A stretch of 64,000 bases of DNA, taken from contig CBDAOY010000006.1 in assembly GCA_965198225.1 (NCBI GenBank), positions 480,001-544,000 on the forward strand. Reading direction: 5' to 3'. Under the pieces are notes generated by a model that did not search any database, was not told where the DNA came from, and saw nothing but the letters and a program-made list of their open reading frames with translations. Source of the DNA: Terriglobia bacterium (lineage in GTDB: Bacteria; Acidobacteriota; Terriglobia; 20CM-2-55-15). Position numbers and translations under genes: made by a program. Shown one piece after another: positions 19,536 through 30,780 of this stretch. Position 1 is the first letter of the stretch; the number at the start of each line of letters is the position of its first letter.

Positions 19536-21017
19536 ATGATTTTACGTATCGTTTCGGTGATCCTTCTCCTGTCGTTGACGGGAACGCTGTCCGCCCAGCA
19601 GGCGGAACGCTACGACTACCTGGAGCCGACCGACCGACTCATCACGGCCGGAGTACAGGCGCTGATGATCTGCAACGGTCTTTTCGTTTCCAACCGCACG
19701 CTGGACCAGATCTATGAACAGGAGCTGAAACTGGACCGGATGCCCATCCTGCCTCCGCGACAGGTCCGGATTGATCGAGAAAGAAAGGCCGTGGTCGTGG
19801 GCGGCAAGGGCAGCAACGCGCTACCTGCGATGCGCGCCGCCTACCGAACCGGATTGGGTTGCATCGTCATGGCGCCCGACCAGACGCTCGAGGACATCGA
19901 CACGTTGCCGAAGCTCGAAATGCCTCCGCTGGCCGGGGACCCGACGACGATTCCATGGCCGGACGGGGACCTCGTAGAAGAAAAGCCGTTGCCGGCTACC
20001 ATCGACCGACGCGCGATCGAAGCGGCCGCGGACTGGGCCTTCGAGCGTCCCCGGTCGCAGATCACGTTGAGCCTCCTCATCGTGCACAAGGGTGACGTCA
20101 TCCTCGAGCGATATGCGTCGGGCGTCGATATGACGACTCGAACCCGAACCTGGTCGACGGCGAAGAGCATCGCCAGCACGCTCATCGGCATGATGGTCGG
20201 GCGAGGCGAGCTGACGCTCGACGGCCCCCTCCCGTACTCGGACTGGGGATCGTCACTCAACGATCGCGAAACCGCGGGCAACGATCCTCGGAGGAAGATC
20301 ACGCTGCGGGATGTTCTCCACATGTCCAGTGGCCTGTACCCGGTCGACAACAGCAGCTGGAAGGTTCCCTCCCACGTCAGCTATTTCGGCGGCGCGAGCT
20401 CGGTTCGAGGAGCGTTGGACCGCGGAGTAGTGCGAGAACCCGGAACGGTGTGGGACTACGAGAACTACGACACCCTCCTGGCGATCTACGCGCTCAAGAC
20501 CGCCATCGGGGATCCGCAGAAGTACCTCGAGTTCCCACGAAACGAGTTGTTCGACAAGATCGGCATGCGCAACACCCTGCCCGGGGTCGACCGCTTCGGG
20601 GATTTCATCCTCAGCAGCCAGGTGTACACGAATGCCAGGGATCTGGCGCGTCTGGGCCTGCTGTACCTGAACGAAGGGGTTTGGAACGGCGAACGGATTC
20701 TGCCCGAAAGCTGGATCCGGTTCGTCCGCACGCCGGCACCTTCGACCGCGACCAGCGGCCGGTTCTACGGCGGACAGTGGTGGCTCGTTCCCGATAACCG
20801 GACCGAAGTTCCTCAGGACGCATACACCACTTCGGGCAACAGGGGCCAGTACACGATCGTCATCCCGTCCTACGACCTGGTCATCGTCCGGCGAGGGTTG
20901 GACTGGGGTTCACCCGGATTCCCTCGATGGGACCTGGTTGTCGAAGTGTTGAAGGCGTTCCCAGAGCGTGAAGGCGGAGACAAACTGAGCGTCCCATCGC
21001 GCAATCGTCGCCAATAG
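19536..21017 (+). CDS. Serine hydrolase, beta-lactamase class C/AmpC fold, exported
   Basis: WSTAKS (SxxK), LHMSSG, YEN, ARDLARLG, GNRGQ. Confidence 0.88.
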   Translation: MILRIVSVILLLSLTGTLSAQQAERYDYLEPTDRLITAGVQALMICNGLFVSNRTLDQIYEQELKLDRMPILPPRQVRIDRERKAVVVGGKGSNALPAMRAAYRTGLGCIVMAPDQTLEDIDTLPKLEMPPLAGDPTTIPWPDGDLVEEKPLPATIDRRAIEAAADWAFERPRSQITLSLLIVHKGDVILERYASGVDMTTRTRTWSTAKSIASTLIGMMVGRGELTLDGPLPYSDWGSSLNDRETAGNDPRRKITLRDVLHMSSGLYPVDNSSWKVPSHVSYFGGASSVRGALDRGVVREPGTVWDYENYDTLLAIYALKTAIGDPQKYLEFPRNELFDKIGMRNTLPGVDRFGDFILSSQVYTNARDLARLGLLYLNEGVWNGERILPESWIRFVRTPAPSTATSGRFYGGQWWLVPDNRTEVPQDAYTTSGNRGQYTIVIPSYDLVIVRRGLDWGSPGFPRWDLVVEVLKAFPEREGGDKLSVPSRNRRQ

Positions 21018-21121
21018 CGGAAACGGCGCTAATAGCGGAATCGTCGCCAATCGCGCAATCGCCGGTAAGGGGGCCCGATAGTCTGCGAGGACACGAAGGC
21101 CCACGGATAAGTTGGGGCGAT

Positions 21122-21550
21122 TTGGATCTAGTCACACTACGATCGACAACGGACGACAAGCTCGCGGGAGGCATCCGTCTGATGCTGGCCGTGATCTTCC
21201 TGATGAGCGGTCCGATGAAGGTGCTCGTGCCCAGCCTGGCCGAGGCGTGGGCCGGCCAACTCGTCGCCGCCCAGATTCCGTTTGCCGTGTTGTCGCGGGT
21301 GACCGTGCCCTACCTTGAATTGTTTCTGGGTATCGTGCTTGCCGTCGGAGTCTTCGTACGTCCCGCGGCGTTCGTCGTCATCAACATCATGATCGTCGCG
21401 ACCTACGTGCACCTGGTCGTAGACGATCCGTCCCTGTTCCCGCTACAACCCACCGAACCCATCATCCCGGTCTTGGTGATAATCGGTAGCATCTATCTGC
21501 TCTGGCGCGGAGGCGGTGCCTGGAGCCGGGACTTGAAAGCGACACCGTAG
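21122..21550 (+). CDS. DoxX family membrane protein
   Basis: IRLMLAVIFLMSGPMK, ELFLGIVLAVG..RPAA, GGGAWSRD. Confidence 0.85.
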   Translation: MDLVTLRSTTDDKLAGGIRLMLAVIFLMSGPMKVLVPSLAEAWAGQLVAAQIPFAVLSRVTVPYLELFLGIVLAVGVFVRPAAFVVINIMIVATYVHLVVDDPSLFPLQPTEPIIPVLVIIGSIYLLWRGGGAWSRDLKATP

Positions 21551-21634
21551 ATTTCGGGACTTCCTATCGAAGAGTCGTCGGCCTTTAGTCAACAAGCACG
21601 GGATACAAGGAAGCGGTCGTTTGTTCGACACATC

Positions 21635-24578
21635 CTAGGGAAGGGGCGTAACAGGGAGTGTTGTGAATTGACCTGCCGAAGAGCCGATCTCCAGAGCAGT
21701 GCCGACGATCTGGCCGCTGCCTGCAGTAATCTCCGCTGTCATCGTGCCGCGGAAAGCCTCCGTCTGAGCGCTCGGGAACAGTTCGGCGATAAAGCGCGCC
21801 AGGTGACCTCGAGCGACCAGGTCTGCTGTGGTCTCGCCGCCCTCCACGAGAACCCCGGCTTCGTTACGGATTCGCAGCCTCACCGTCAGTGCCGTTAGGC
21901 TGGTGTTGGCGATCGCGATGCCGGTATCAATACCGGAGGCGGAGTTGCGGAGAGCCGGAACGATAAAACCGCTGCTCGTCGGAACGCTCTGACCGACACC
22001 GACCACGCCGATACCGGGCAGCGTGAATCGGACCACGCCGCCCAGGGCGCCACCAGAGTCGACGGAGGCCGAGCCGGCGACGAGATCGCCCTGACCATCC
22101 GACGGCACCGCTGCTCGTCGGAACGCTCTGACCGACACCGACCACGCCGATACCGGGCAGCGTGAATCGGACCACGCCGCCCAGGGCGCCACCAGAGTCG
22201 ACGGAGGCCGAGCCGGCGACGAGATCGCCCTGACCATCCGACGGCAGCGTCACCGACCCCAGCGCAGGAACCGAAAAACTGGTCGGGCCTCCCAGTCCCA
22301 GAGGCTGGGTGCTCAGCGGGGATCCGTTGTCGTCGAAGAGGCTCACGGTTCCGGTCACCGACGCGCCCGCCACGGGGTTCGTCAGCACCACATCCGACTT
22401 CACCCCGAGCCCATCTGCGTAATGGGCAAAGAACAGGTCGCCGGCAGGAGTGGCGTTCAGCTGGGTCACGGGCATCGTGGTGAACTGCCCCGGAATCGTT
22501 CCCAACTCCATTACGATACCGGCCAGCTGAGTGGAACCGCCGGCTGCGGTCAGCGTACCGCTAAAATCGACAGGATCCAGGTTGAACAGCTCGCCCACGA
22601 ATGCCGATAGATGGCCGGATGGCTGCAGGGTACGCGAGGTCGAACCGACTGAGAGGCCGTTGGCGTCACGCAACGTCAGAGCTAGAGTCGCGGCGTCGCT
22701 GCCAAGATTCAATATCGCAACACCGGTGTCCAGGTTGGTGGACGCTACCCTCCGTACCGGTGAGATAAAATCTGTCACGGGTGCACTCGCGCCAACCCCT
22801 GCGACCCCGATTCCCGGAATACTGAACTTGACCACGCCACCGACTGGATGTGTGGAGCTGACCTTCACCGATCCCGCAACTAGGTCTCCCTGGCCGTCCG
22901 TGTGGACCGTGAAGGAGCCGAGCGGGGCGATGGTGAAGGTGGTTTCGTCCCGCTCCAGGCGATCGAGCAGGCCAGTCTCCAGGGCCTGGCCGCTGTCGTT
23001 CACGAAGGCAATCTGTCCGGTTACAAACGCCGCCGGCGAAGGGTTCGTCAGGACAACCGTCGAGACGATGCCAGCGCCGTTGGCGAACTGTGCCAGAAAC
23101 GTCGGTTCGGGCACCACGATCACAGCACCGTTGAGGATGGACCGACCCCCAGGAGTCGTTGCGGTAAGCGTGCGCGGTCCCGGAGTCGCATCGGCCGCCA
23201 CCGCGAGCTGCAGCAAAAAGTCGCTGCTTCTGACTTGCTGTGATTCGATGGTCACGCCGTCGCCACTGATCTCGAACATCGTCCCGGAGAGGAACGCCGA
23301 CTCTCCGACCAGATTTTCCCCGAAAAACAGCGCAAGAAAAGGCGAAGTTCCGACGGTTACGACGGCAGGAGCCTCGAAACTCCCGCCGGCTAGAGCCGCA
23401 TACGAGACCGTGTCGAGGTTGGGAGAAGTCTCGGAGCGTGGTTCGACTTCGACCGGCCCCAGGGCGACGGTCGCGCCGGCGATAACGGAAACCGGACCTG
23501 CAGGCGCCGAGGCCGTGACGTCGTTCTCGACCAACAGGCCGGTTCCTCCATCGCCAAAGGGCGCACGCATCTGAATATCCGCGGGGCCATCCAGTGGCTC
23601 CACAACTATCGAATAGGTTCCGGGAAGCAGTCCGGCGATACGAAAATCTCCGCTGGATGACGCGTAGCCGTTCGGCACGGCGTTGGCGTCGTAACTGGAC
23701 GCTCCCGATATCGAGCTCCCCACCACGATGCCGGCTTCGTTGAGCGCCGATACCTGCAAGCCGAAGGCAGGACTGCCGGACTTCGTCACGGAACCTGAAA
23801 TGGAACCCCGCTGCTCGAGGAAGGCATCGGTAGGGTAGCTGGCCGAGGCGCCGATGATGTCCACGTCATGGAGGGCCCGGCCAATGAACGTTCCGCCCAA
23901 TGAGAAGTACCCGTACATTATCGATCCAATGATCGCATTGTGCCCCAGACCGATAAAGTGTCCGACTTCGTGAGTCACGGTTCTCCAAATATCCTTACCC
24001 TCCAGGGACCGGTCGAGGCTGAACTCCGTCGTCGGATTGACCACTATGTCCACATCGAAGATCTCGCCGGCAGTGGCTTCCAGAACGGCACCGTTCGGAA
24101 GGTTCACGGGGCCATCCTCCAGGGCGTAGCGCATTCGTGCGGATGCCGAGGCCTCGTCGGGCCCGCTGAAGTCCGTGGGTGAGAACGTCACGACGTTGTT
24201 CCCATCGGCTTCGTTTGTGAGGGTAGTCGTTCCCTCATAGCTGAATCGAATTCTGGAGGTGGGAACATCCTGCCAGGTCAGAAACGCCGCGCGCACGACA
24301 CGAACCAGATCGTCGGCCGTGGTCCCGGCCGGCTGGAGCGCGGTGGCATCTTCCGGCCGAGTCGGATTGATCAGGTAAGGTATGCTCCCGCCCTGTCGTG
24401 ACAGATTCCATCTGTTCACCACGCCCTCGGAGTCCCCCCTGGAAACGGTGAGGGGAATGTAGGCCGATCCTGAGACAGCAAAGGGGGCTAGCGCCAGGCC
24501 GCCGAGCATCAGTCGGAGAAGAAGAGTAAATAGATCGGTACCGCTGCGAGTCGGTCTCTTGGACAGTGACATCCACAC
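21635..24578 (-). pseudogene. Secreted matrixin (M10-like) metalloprotease with repeated C-terminal domains, frameshifted by a 139-bp tandem duplication
   Basis: HEVGHFIGLGH zinc motif, SIMY Met-turn; removing one 139-bp copy gives 2805 bp (935 codons) ending at TAG 21635. Confidence 0.85.
21968..22245. repeat. Exact 139-bp tandem duplication
   Basis: 21968-22106 equals 22107-22245 (ACCGCTGCTCGTCGG...CCATCCGACGGC). Confidence 0.95.
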
Positions 24579-24615
24579 TCCGGGCAGGAGAGCCGCGTGA
24601 CTCTGGGGCTCCGTC

Positions 24616-25122
24616 CTAGGGTCGCGTCGAAACGACCCGCTCGATGTCCTCGATGACGCGCCGGAGAGGTCTGCGACCGATCGTTTTCGTGCCCGTTTCG
24701 GGTCGCACCCGAATCAGATACTTGCCCTGGGCCCCGCCGACAACACGGACTGCGCCGGCGACGAGCCTCGCAAACAGAATCACTTCCTCATCCTCACGGA
24801 ACTGGGCCATCCCGGGTGCGACCATGCCGAAGTTTCGTTCCGGCAGTTCACCTCCCGGGACGATGAGGGTCAAACGTGATCCTCCACTTCCTTTCAGATA
24901 GCGCGCGACCTCCAGCGTCACGTCGGTAAGGATCATTCGGGCTTCGTTGTCCCACCGACTCCGGGTCGACACACATGTTCCGACCAGGACCATGTCCGCG
25001 CGGGCAACCAGCGAACGAATCTCCGAAGGCGCTGTTCCTTGTGTGAGAACGGTCGCAACGCTTGCTCCAGACAGCAGAGCGGCCAGACTCACCTTCCGAA
25101 GCAGGGATTTGCGCCACGCCAT
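24616..25122 (-). CDS. Exported hypothetical protein co-oriented upstream of the matrixin gene
   Basis: GAGGAGG RBS; signal peptide; ADMVLVGT..LEVARYLKG..PGG..F..EEVILF..VVGGAQGKY pattern. Confidence 0.75.
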   Translation of the reverse strand: MAWRKSLLRKVSLAALLSGASVATVLTQGTAPSEIRSLVARADMVLVGTCVSTRSRWDNEARMILTDVTLEVARYLKGSGGSRLTLIVPGGELPERNFGMVAPGMAQFREDEEVILFARLVAGAVRVVGGAQGKYLIRVRPETGTKTIGRRPLRRVIEDIERVVSTRP

Positions 25123-25338
25123 GCGGCCTCCTCAGGCTGTTCACGTTCAGGGTTGGCGAAAGTGTGGCATAGCGCCGTCCGAGCACAAAACGATATTGCG
25201 GTCCGACACTTGTTCAGGATCGGACCAAACGAACCCCAGAACGGCTATTTTCGGCCCTCGAAACATGTTCTGATTCCATCTTCTTTGCGGCATTATGAAT
25301 TTAATCGCCACAACGTAGATCTTCCGGGAGGTGTCTCG

Positions 25339-28176
25339 ATGAAAGTCGCCCGCACCTCGACTATGGTTCTCGTGATGATGGCCCTGGGGGCCTGCGGAAC
25401 GACGGACCCCGAGCCGACCGATGCCACAGGGTTGCGGACCGACTTCGAGAAGTACGAACTCGACAACGGCCTCGACGTGGTGCTCCACCACGACGACTCG
25501 GACCCGATCGTCGCGGTCGCTCTCCTCTACCATGTGGGCTCGGCGCGGGAAAAGCCCGGTCGCACGGGTTTCGCGCACCTGTTCGAGCATCTGCTTTTCC
25601 AGAACTCTGAAAACGTCGGAGAGGGCGGCTTCATCAACGGCATCCCGGCGCTGGGCGGCACGTTCAACGGTGGTACTTCGAACGATTCGACCATCTACTT
25701 TGAAGTCGTCCCCAACGATGCGCTGGAACGGGTTCTCTGGATGGAATCGGACCGGCTCGGGTTCTTCATCAACACGGTCAACGAGCCGAATCTCGAGAAA
25801 GAAAAGCAGGTCGTTAAGAACGAGAAGCGACAGGGGGTGGACAACAACCCGTACGGACACACCAACTCGGTTCTCGACTCCAACCTCTACCCGCCCGATC
25901 ACCCATACCATTGGCAGGTCATCGGTTCGCTCGAAGATCTTCAAGCCGCGACGCTCACCGATGCCCGGGAGTTCTATGACAGGTTCTACGGCCCTCAGAA
26001 CTGCACCCTCGTGCTTGCCGGCGACTTCGACGCGGCGGAGGCGAAGAGGCTGGTCGAGATGTACTTCGGCGAGATCCCCGCAGGCGATGAAGTCGGGCCG
26101 GTCGAAGTGCCCCCCGTCGTACTCGAATCAACCAGCAAGCTCTATCACGAAGACAATTTCGCGAGTATGCCGGCCCTGACACTCGCGTGGCCCACGGTGG
26201 AGCAGTACCACCCCGATTCCTACCCCCTAAACGCCCTCGGCCGACTCCTGACCGACGGGAAGAGCTCGCCCTTCTACGACGTTGTGGTGGAGGAAGCCAA
26301 ACTGGCACCGTCGGTGTCCGGCTTCAATCAGGCTGCCGAGCTTGCAGGCAAATTCCGGCTGCAGGCGAGGGCCTTTCCGGGCACGGACCTGAACCACCTG
26401 ATGGGCGCCTTCGACGACGCTTTCGCCCGTTTCGAGTCCGAGGGGATCACCGAGGAGGATCTCGATCGGATCAAGGCCGGACTGGAGACGGGCTTCTACA
26501 ACGGCATCTCCAGCGTGCTCGGCAAGTCATTCCAGCTCGCCTGGTACAACGTCTTCACCGGCGATCCCGGGTTCGTCGGCGAGGACCTGGACAACATCAT
26601 GGCAGTCACTATCGACGACGTCCGGCGTGTCTACGAAACCTACGTCCAGGGCAAGCCGTACGTGGCCACGAGCTTCGTTCCCAAGGGCCAGGCCGACCTC
26701 GTGTTGGCGGATTCCGAGAGAGCTGAAGTCTATGTGGAAGAGATCGTGCGAGGAGCCGAAGCCCCCGTCGCGGAGACAGGAGTGACGGCCGTCGAGCTGA
26801 CCCCCTCGGCTATCGATCGATCGACGGCCCCGCCGCTGGGCGAAACGCCGACGTTAGCCATCCCGCAGATCTGGAACGCGGAACTCGCCAACGGCATGAG
26901 GGTTTACGGCATCGAACACCGGGAGCTGCCGCTGATCCGATTCAGCATCCGGCTGGACGGCGGGCATCTGCTGGACGACCCCAATAAGGTTGGTGTCGCC
27001 AACCTTGTGACCGACATCCTCATGGAAGGCACGGCCAATCGGACACCCGAGGAGCTCGAGCAGGCGATCGACGATCTGGGTGCCTCGATCAACATGTCCA
27101 CCTCGAGCCAGGCGATTACCATCACCGGCAACTCTCTGTCACGGAACTACGATGCGACGCTGGCGCTGGTCGAGGAGATACTTCTCGAACCCCGGTGGGA
27201 CGAGGAGGCGTTCGAACTCGTCAAACAGAGGACCCTCAGCGGGATCCGACAGCGGTCGTCGTCACCGCAGGCGATCGCGACCCGCGTGTTCAACAAGCTC
27301 GTCTACGGAAGCGATCATATTCTCTCCAGCAGCGTGCCCGGTACGGAGGACGAGGTCGAGTCCATCACGATCGACGATCTCAGGAGCTACTACGCCTCGA
27401 ACTTCTCTCCTTCAGTCGCTGCGATCCACATCGCGGGGGCCATCTCCGAGGAGCGCGCCGTGGGGTCGCTTGCGAGTCTGACCTCCAGATGGGAGGCAGA
27501 GCCGGTGGCGTTCCCGGACTACGAGCTGCCGCCACCGACGAACGAAGCGGCAGTCTACTTCGTCGACGTCCCCAACGCACCACAGTCGGTCATCATGGTC
27601 GGAAGGCTGACGCTTGCGCAAACCGATCCGGACTACTATCCGGCGGTTGTGATGAACCATCAGTTGGGCGGCGGTATCACGGGTCGCCTATTTCAGATCC
27701 TCCGGCTCGAGAAGGGCTACACCTACGGCGCCGGGGCCGGCTTCGCCGGCACGACCATCCCCGGTCCCTTCAGAGCGTCCACAAGCGTCCGGGCCAATGT
27801 GACGTACGAGTCGGCTGCATTGATCAAGGAGATCATGGAATCGTACGGTCCTGAGTTCTCCGAGGAGGACCTGACGGCCACGAAGGACGCCCTGGTTCGC
27901 AACAACTACCGGTCGTTTGAAACCCTTGCCGCCCTTATACGGGTGTTGCAGAACATCAGCCGCTACGACCTTCCGTTCGACTATATCCGGCAGCGAGAAC
28001 ATGTCGTCAGCGGAATGACGATTCCTCGCGTCCGAGATCTGGCGGACCGGTTCATCGATCCCGACGCGATGATTTACGTCGTGGTGGGTGATGCGACGTC
28101 CCAGCTTGCCAGGCTTTCGGGGCTGGGGTATGGAGAACCGATCCTCCTCGACCGCGACGCGAATCCGCCGGAATAG
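25339..28176 (+). CDS. M16 (pitrilysin/insulinase) family zinc protease, lipoprotein
   Basis: GGAGG RBS; LGAC lipobox; YHVGS..EKPGRTGFAHLFEH; LRLEKGYTYG. Confidence 0.94.
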   Translation: MKVARTSTMVLVMMALGACGTTDPEPTDATGLRTDFEKYELDNGLDVVLHHDDSDPIVAVALLYHVGSAREKPGRTGFAHLFEHLLFQNSENVGEGGFINGIPALGGTFNGGTSNDSTIYFEVVPNDALERVLWMESDRLGFFINTVNEPNLEKEKQVVKNEKRQGVDNNPYGHTNSVLDSNLYPPDHPYHWQVIGSLEDLQAATLTDAREFYDRFYGPQNCTLVLAGDFDAAEAKRLVEMYFGEIPAGDEVGPVEVPPVVLESTSKLYHEDNFASMPALTLAWPTVEQYHPDSYPLNALGRLLTDGKSSPFYDVVVEEAKLAPSVSGFNQAAELAGKFRLQARAFPGTDLNHLMGAFDDAFARFESEGITEEDLDRIKAGLETGFYNGISSVLGKSFQLAWYNVFTGDPGFVGEDLDNIMAVTIDDVRRVYETYVQGKPYVATSFVPKGQADLVLADSERAEVYVEEIVRGAEAPVAETGVTAVELTPSAIDRSTAPPLGETPTLAIPQIWNAELANGMRVYGIEHRELPLIRFSIRLDGGHLLDDPNKVGVANLVTDILMEGTANRTPEELEQAIDDLGASINMSTSSQAITITGNSLSRNYDATLALVEEILLEPRWDEEAFELVKQRTLSGIRQRSSSPQAIATRVFNKLVYGSDHILSSSVPGTEDEVESITIDDLRSYYASNFSPSVAAIHIAGAISEERAVGSLASLTSRWEAEPVAFPDYELPPPTNEAAVYFVDVPNAPQSVIMVGRLTLAQTDPDYYPAVVMNHQLGGGITGRLFQILRLEKGYTYGAGAGFAGTTIPGPFRASTSVRANVTYESAALIKEIMESYGPEFSEEDLTATKDALVRNNYRSFETLAALIRVLQNISRYDLPFDYIRQREHVVSGMTIPRVRDLADRFIDPDAMIYVVVGDATSQLARLSGLGYGEPILLDRDANPPE

Positions 28177-28361
28177 ATCTGGGCCTGGCTCTCCTGCCGC
28201 CGCGGTGGGCTGCTTCGTTGTTCGGCGGCGTCAGTACTGGAGCCATCCAACACCGTGCTCAACGAAGTCGAGTTGCGCCCGCGCGGGCCTGGATATGTTT
28301 GACGGAGTGTTGCAAGATGAATCTGCCGTCGAAAAACTTCTCAACCTCAGGGGCCGACCTT

Positions 28362-29198
28362 ATGACCTGCAATCGACCGATTCTCACACTGATCGCCATC
28401 CTCCTGACTGCAGGTTGCTTCACGCCGACCTATGCCCAGGACGACGTGAGGGAGCATCCCGTGATCAAGCCCATGACCGGAGCGACACTGGGTCCGGGCT
28501 CCACCTTCGTGGAGTTCGGCCGGCTGCCGCTGAATTTCCGGGAGGGAGGCCGGTCGGTGCGGATGGAGGCGGAAGGCAATCACTGGCGCCTGGAGTATCA
28601 GCTCGATGACACGACGAAGAGCCGAGACGAGGTCATGGCCAACTACGAGTCGGAAGCCCGTCGGATCGGGGGTGACGTCCTCAACAGAACGGGGACGCGG
28701 CTGCTCTTCCGGCTGCCGCGTCCGGGCGGCGGGTTCACCTGGTGTCGGCTCGATACGCGGTCGGGCGGCCGATATGTTCTCGAGATCATCGACGAGGCCG
28801 GGCTGGACCTGAGCGTCGAGTTCGATGCAGACGCGTTGCTCGAGGCCCTGGACCGCGACGGCCAGGTGGCCATCTACGGAATCCTGTTCGACGTCGACCG
28901 GGCCGACCTGAGGCCCGGCAGCGGGCAGGTGCTCGACACGATCGCGACGATTCTGAAGGCGGATTCCGGGCTCCGCATCGAAGTGGCCGGCCACACCGAC
29001 GCGACCGGTTCGGCCGAACGCAACCGTGAGCTGTCGCTCGAGCGTGCGCGCGCCGTCGTCAACGCGCTGGCGCTGTATGGTATCGACCGGGCTCGACTCA
29101 TCCCACGCGGTTACGGCCCGGATCAGCCCGTCGCGGACAACGCCACAGAGGAAGGGCGCCAGCAAAATCGAAGAGTGGAGCTGACCAAGCAGCCCTAG
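28362..29198 (+). CDS. OmpA-family peptidoglycan-binding protein
   Basis: Signal peptide; YGILFDVDRA, IEVAGHTD, NRELSLERARAV, GRQQNRRVEL. Confidence 0.92.
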   Translation: MTCNRPILTLIAILLTAGCFTPTYAQDDVREHPVIKPMTGATLGPGSTFVEFGRLPLNFREGGRSVRMEAEGNHWRLEYQLDDTTKSRDEVMANYESEARRIGGDVLNRTGTRLLFRLPRPGGGFTWCRLDTRSGGRYVLEIIDEAGLDLSVEFDADALLEALDRDGQVAIYGILFDVDRADLRPGSGQVLDTIATILKADSGLRIEVAGHTDATGSAERNRELSLERARAVVNALALYGIDRARLIPRGYGPDQPVADNATEEGRQQNRRVELTKQP

Positions 29199-29469
29199 TG
29201 ACCTGTAGCGGTGCTATCGGTACCAGCGTTCGGCGGAACGGCGTCGTATTCTAGGAGTGACGCTCGAGCCAATGCTGTTTCATTGCGAGGGCGTTACGAC
29301 AGCGAAGACGGCGCCGTTGGGCCGAACCCTTCGGGCCGATGGGGGTTGCGGGCGATCTCTTTGTCGGAAGCCGTCACCGATGGAAGAGCATCGCTTTCCG
29401 TCTCCCTCCTCGACCTCGCCCGCAAGACCTATCGGCGATGGTGCCGATAGCACTGTTACAGGCCACCAG
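29195..29469. mobile_element. MITE-like element (275 bp) with 31-bp imperfect terminal inverted repeats
   Basis: CTAGTGACCTGTAGCGGTGCTATCGGTACCA ... TGGTGCCGATAGCACTGTTACAGGCCACCAG; the left CTAG contains the ompA TAG stop. Confidence 0.75.
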
Positions 29470-29650
29470 ACCGGCCCGAGGAGATCGACGACCGCGGTAC
29501 CGTCGGGCACCTCTTCATTCCGCGCTCCCATTGCCCCACGGCCTGCGCAAGAGCAAGCAGCGTTTAACCCTACGTGAGCGTAGGAAATGGCGTGGCCACG
29601 GTTGGCCATCGGTTATACACTTCCGTGAAAACTTCCAGTCAGGAGGTTCC

Positions 29651-30679
29651 ATGAAATCAGTCACCGTGTGCATGATGCTTCTGCTGTTTGCGATCCCGGC
29701 CCTCGCACAGGAAGCTGCCCGGCCCTACGATTTCGATGATGCCGAGACGTGGTACGCCACGTTCTCGATCGTTGCGTTCGATCCGGAGACCGACGACCTG
29801 GGCGTTGCCGTGGCATCACGGCCGGTTGGGGCGGGGGCCGCCGTCCTGTGGGCCGAAGCGGGTGTCGGCGCAATCGCGACGCAGGCGGGTGCGAACAGAA
29901 CCTACGGGCCCAAGTCGATCGCCTTGCTCATGGAAGGGCTGAACCCCGCGGAAGTCGTTAAGAAGATCACGGACGAAGATCCCGGTCGTGATCGCCGGCA
30001 GGTTGCCGTGATCGACATGAAGGGACGGACGGGAGTGTTTACGTCGGACAGGATACTGAACCGCGGCGGCGGAAGGTATGCCGGATCGATCGAAGGAACG
30101 AATTACTCGGTTCAGGGCAACACGCTGGCTGGCGCCAGTGTCCTGACAGCCATGGCCGCAGCGTATGAAGACGGTGAAGGCAGGCCGATCGAGGAACGAC
30201 TGATGGACGCCCTGGACGCCGGAAACGCCGAGGGAGGCGACGCGCGCGGCATGGGATCGGCCGGGATGCTGGTCGTCCGTCCGGTGCCGCCGGATTCGAC
30301 ATCGATCGGCCGTCGCGTCGACCTGCGGGTCGATCACAGCCTCGACAATCCGTTCGTCGAATTGCGTCGCATTCTGAATCTGCGCTATCTGTCGCGCTAT
30401 TATGCCGGTCGGGCGACAGAACTGGCGGAGCAGGGTGACCCTCGCGAGGCGCTTGAAACACAAAAAAAAGCTGTCGAGATGAACCCGACGAGCGGAGGGC
30501 TCCGTTACACTCTTGCGGAGCGGTATGCACAGGTTGGAGAACTCCTGAATGCGTTGCTGGCTCTACGCGAAGCTGTCGAGCTGCAGGGAGGTCTCAGGGA
30601 GCAGGCGGCGGCGAACCCGGCCTTCGCCGAGATCAAGGAGACGGTCGAGTTCAAGCGCGTGGTTGGCCAGCAGGATTGA
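29651..30679 (+). CDS. DUF1028 (Ntn-hydrolase-like) protein with a C-terminal TPR
   Basis: AGGAGG RBS; signal peptide; TFSIVAFD, GVGAIATQA, QGNTLAG, GGDARG, DLRVDH. Confidence 0.9.
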   Translation: MKSVTVCMMLLLFAIPALAQEAARPYDFDDAETWYATFSIVAFDPETDDLGVAVASRPVGAGAAVLWAEAGVGAIATQAGANRTYGPKSIALLMEGLNPAEVVKKITDEDPGRDRRQVAVIDMKGRTGVFTSDRILNRGGGRYAGSIEGTNYSVQGNTLAGASVLTAMAAAYEDGEGRPIEERLMDALDAGNAEGGDARGMGSAGMLVVRPVPPDSTSIGRRVDLRVDHSLDNPFVELRRILNLRYLSRYYAGRATELAEQGDPREALETQKKAVEMNPTSGGLRYTLAERYAQVGELLNALLALREAVELQGGLREQAAANPAFAEIKETVEFKRVVGQQD

Positions 30680-30780
30680 AGCTCCAGGCGGAGGTGCCTC
30701 CTGACCGGCGAAATATTTCCCTGGATGGACGTCGTGGTTTCGCCTCGATTTGTCCGTCACTAGTCCGAATTGCGGACCCG

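Noticed and set aside
19536-21017. Antibiotic-resistance call for the SxxK hydrolases (also 45756-47702)
   Set aside because: The fold is shared by many esterases, amidases and peptidases; nothing in the sequence specifies beta-lactamase activity.
29339-29650. N-terminal extension of the DUF1028 ORF (likewise 25039-25338 and 50321-50518)
   Set aside because: Downstream ATGs have a strong RBS and signal peptides; the extensions cross intergenic or MITE DNA.
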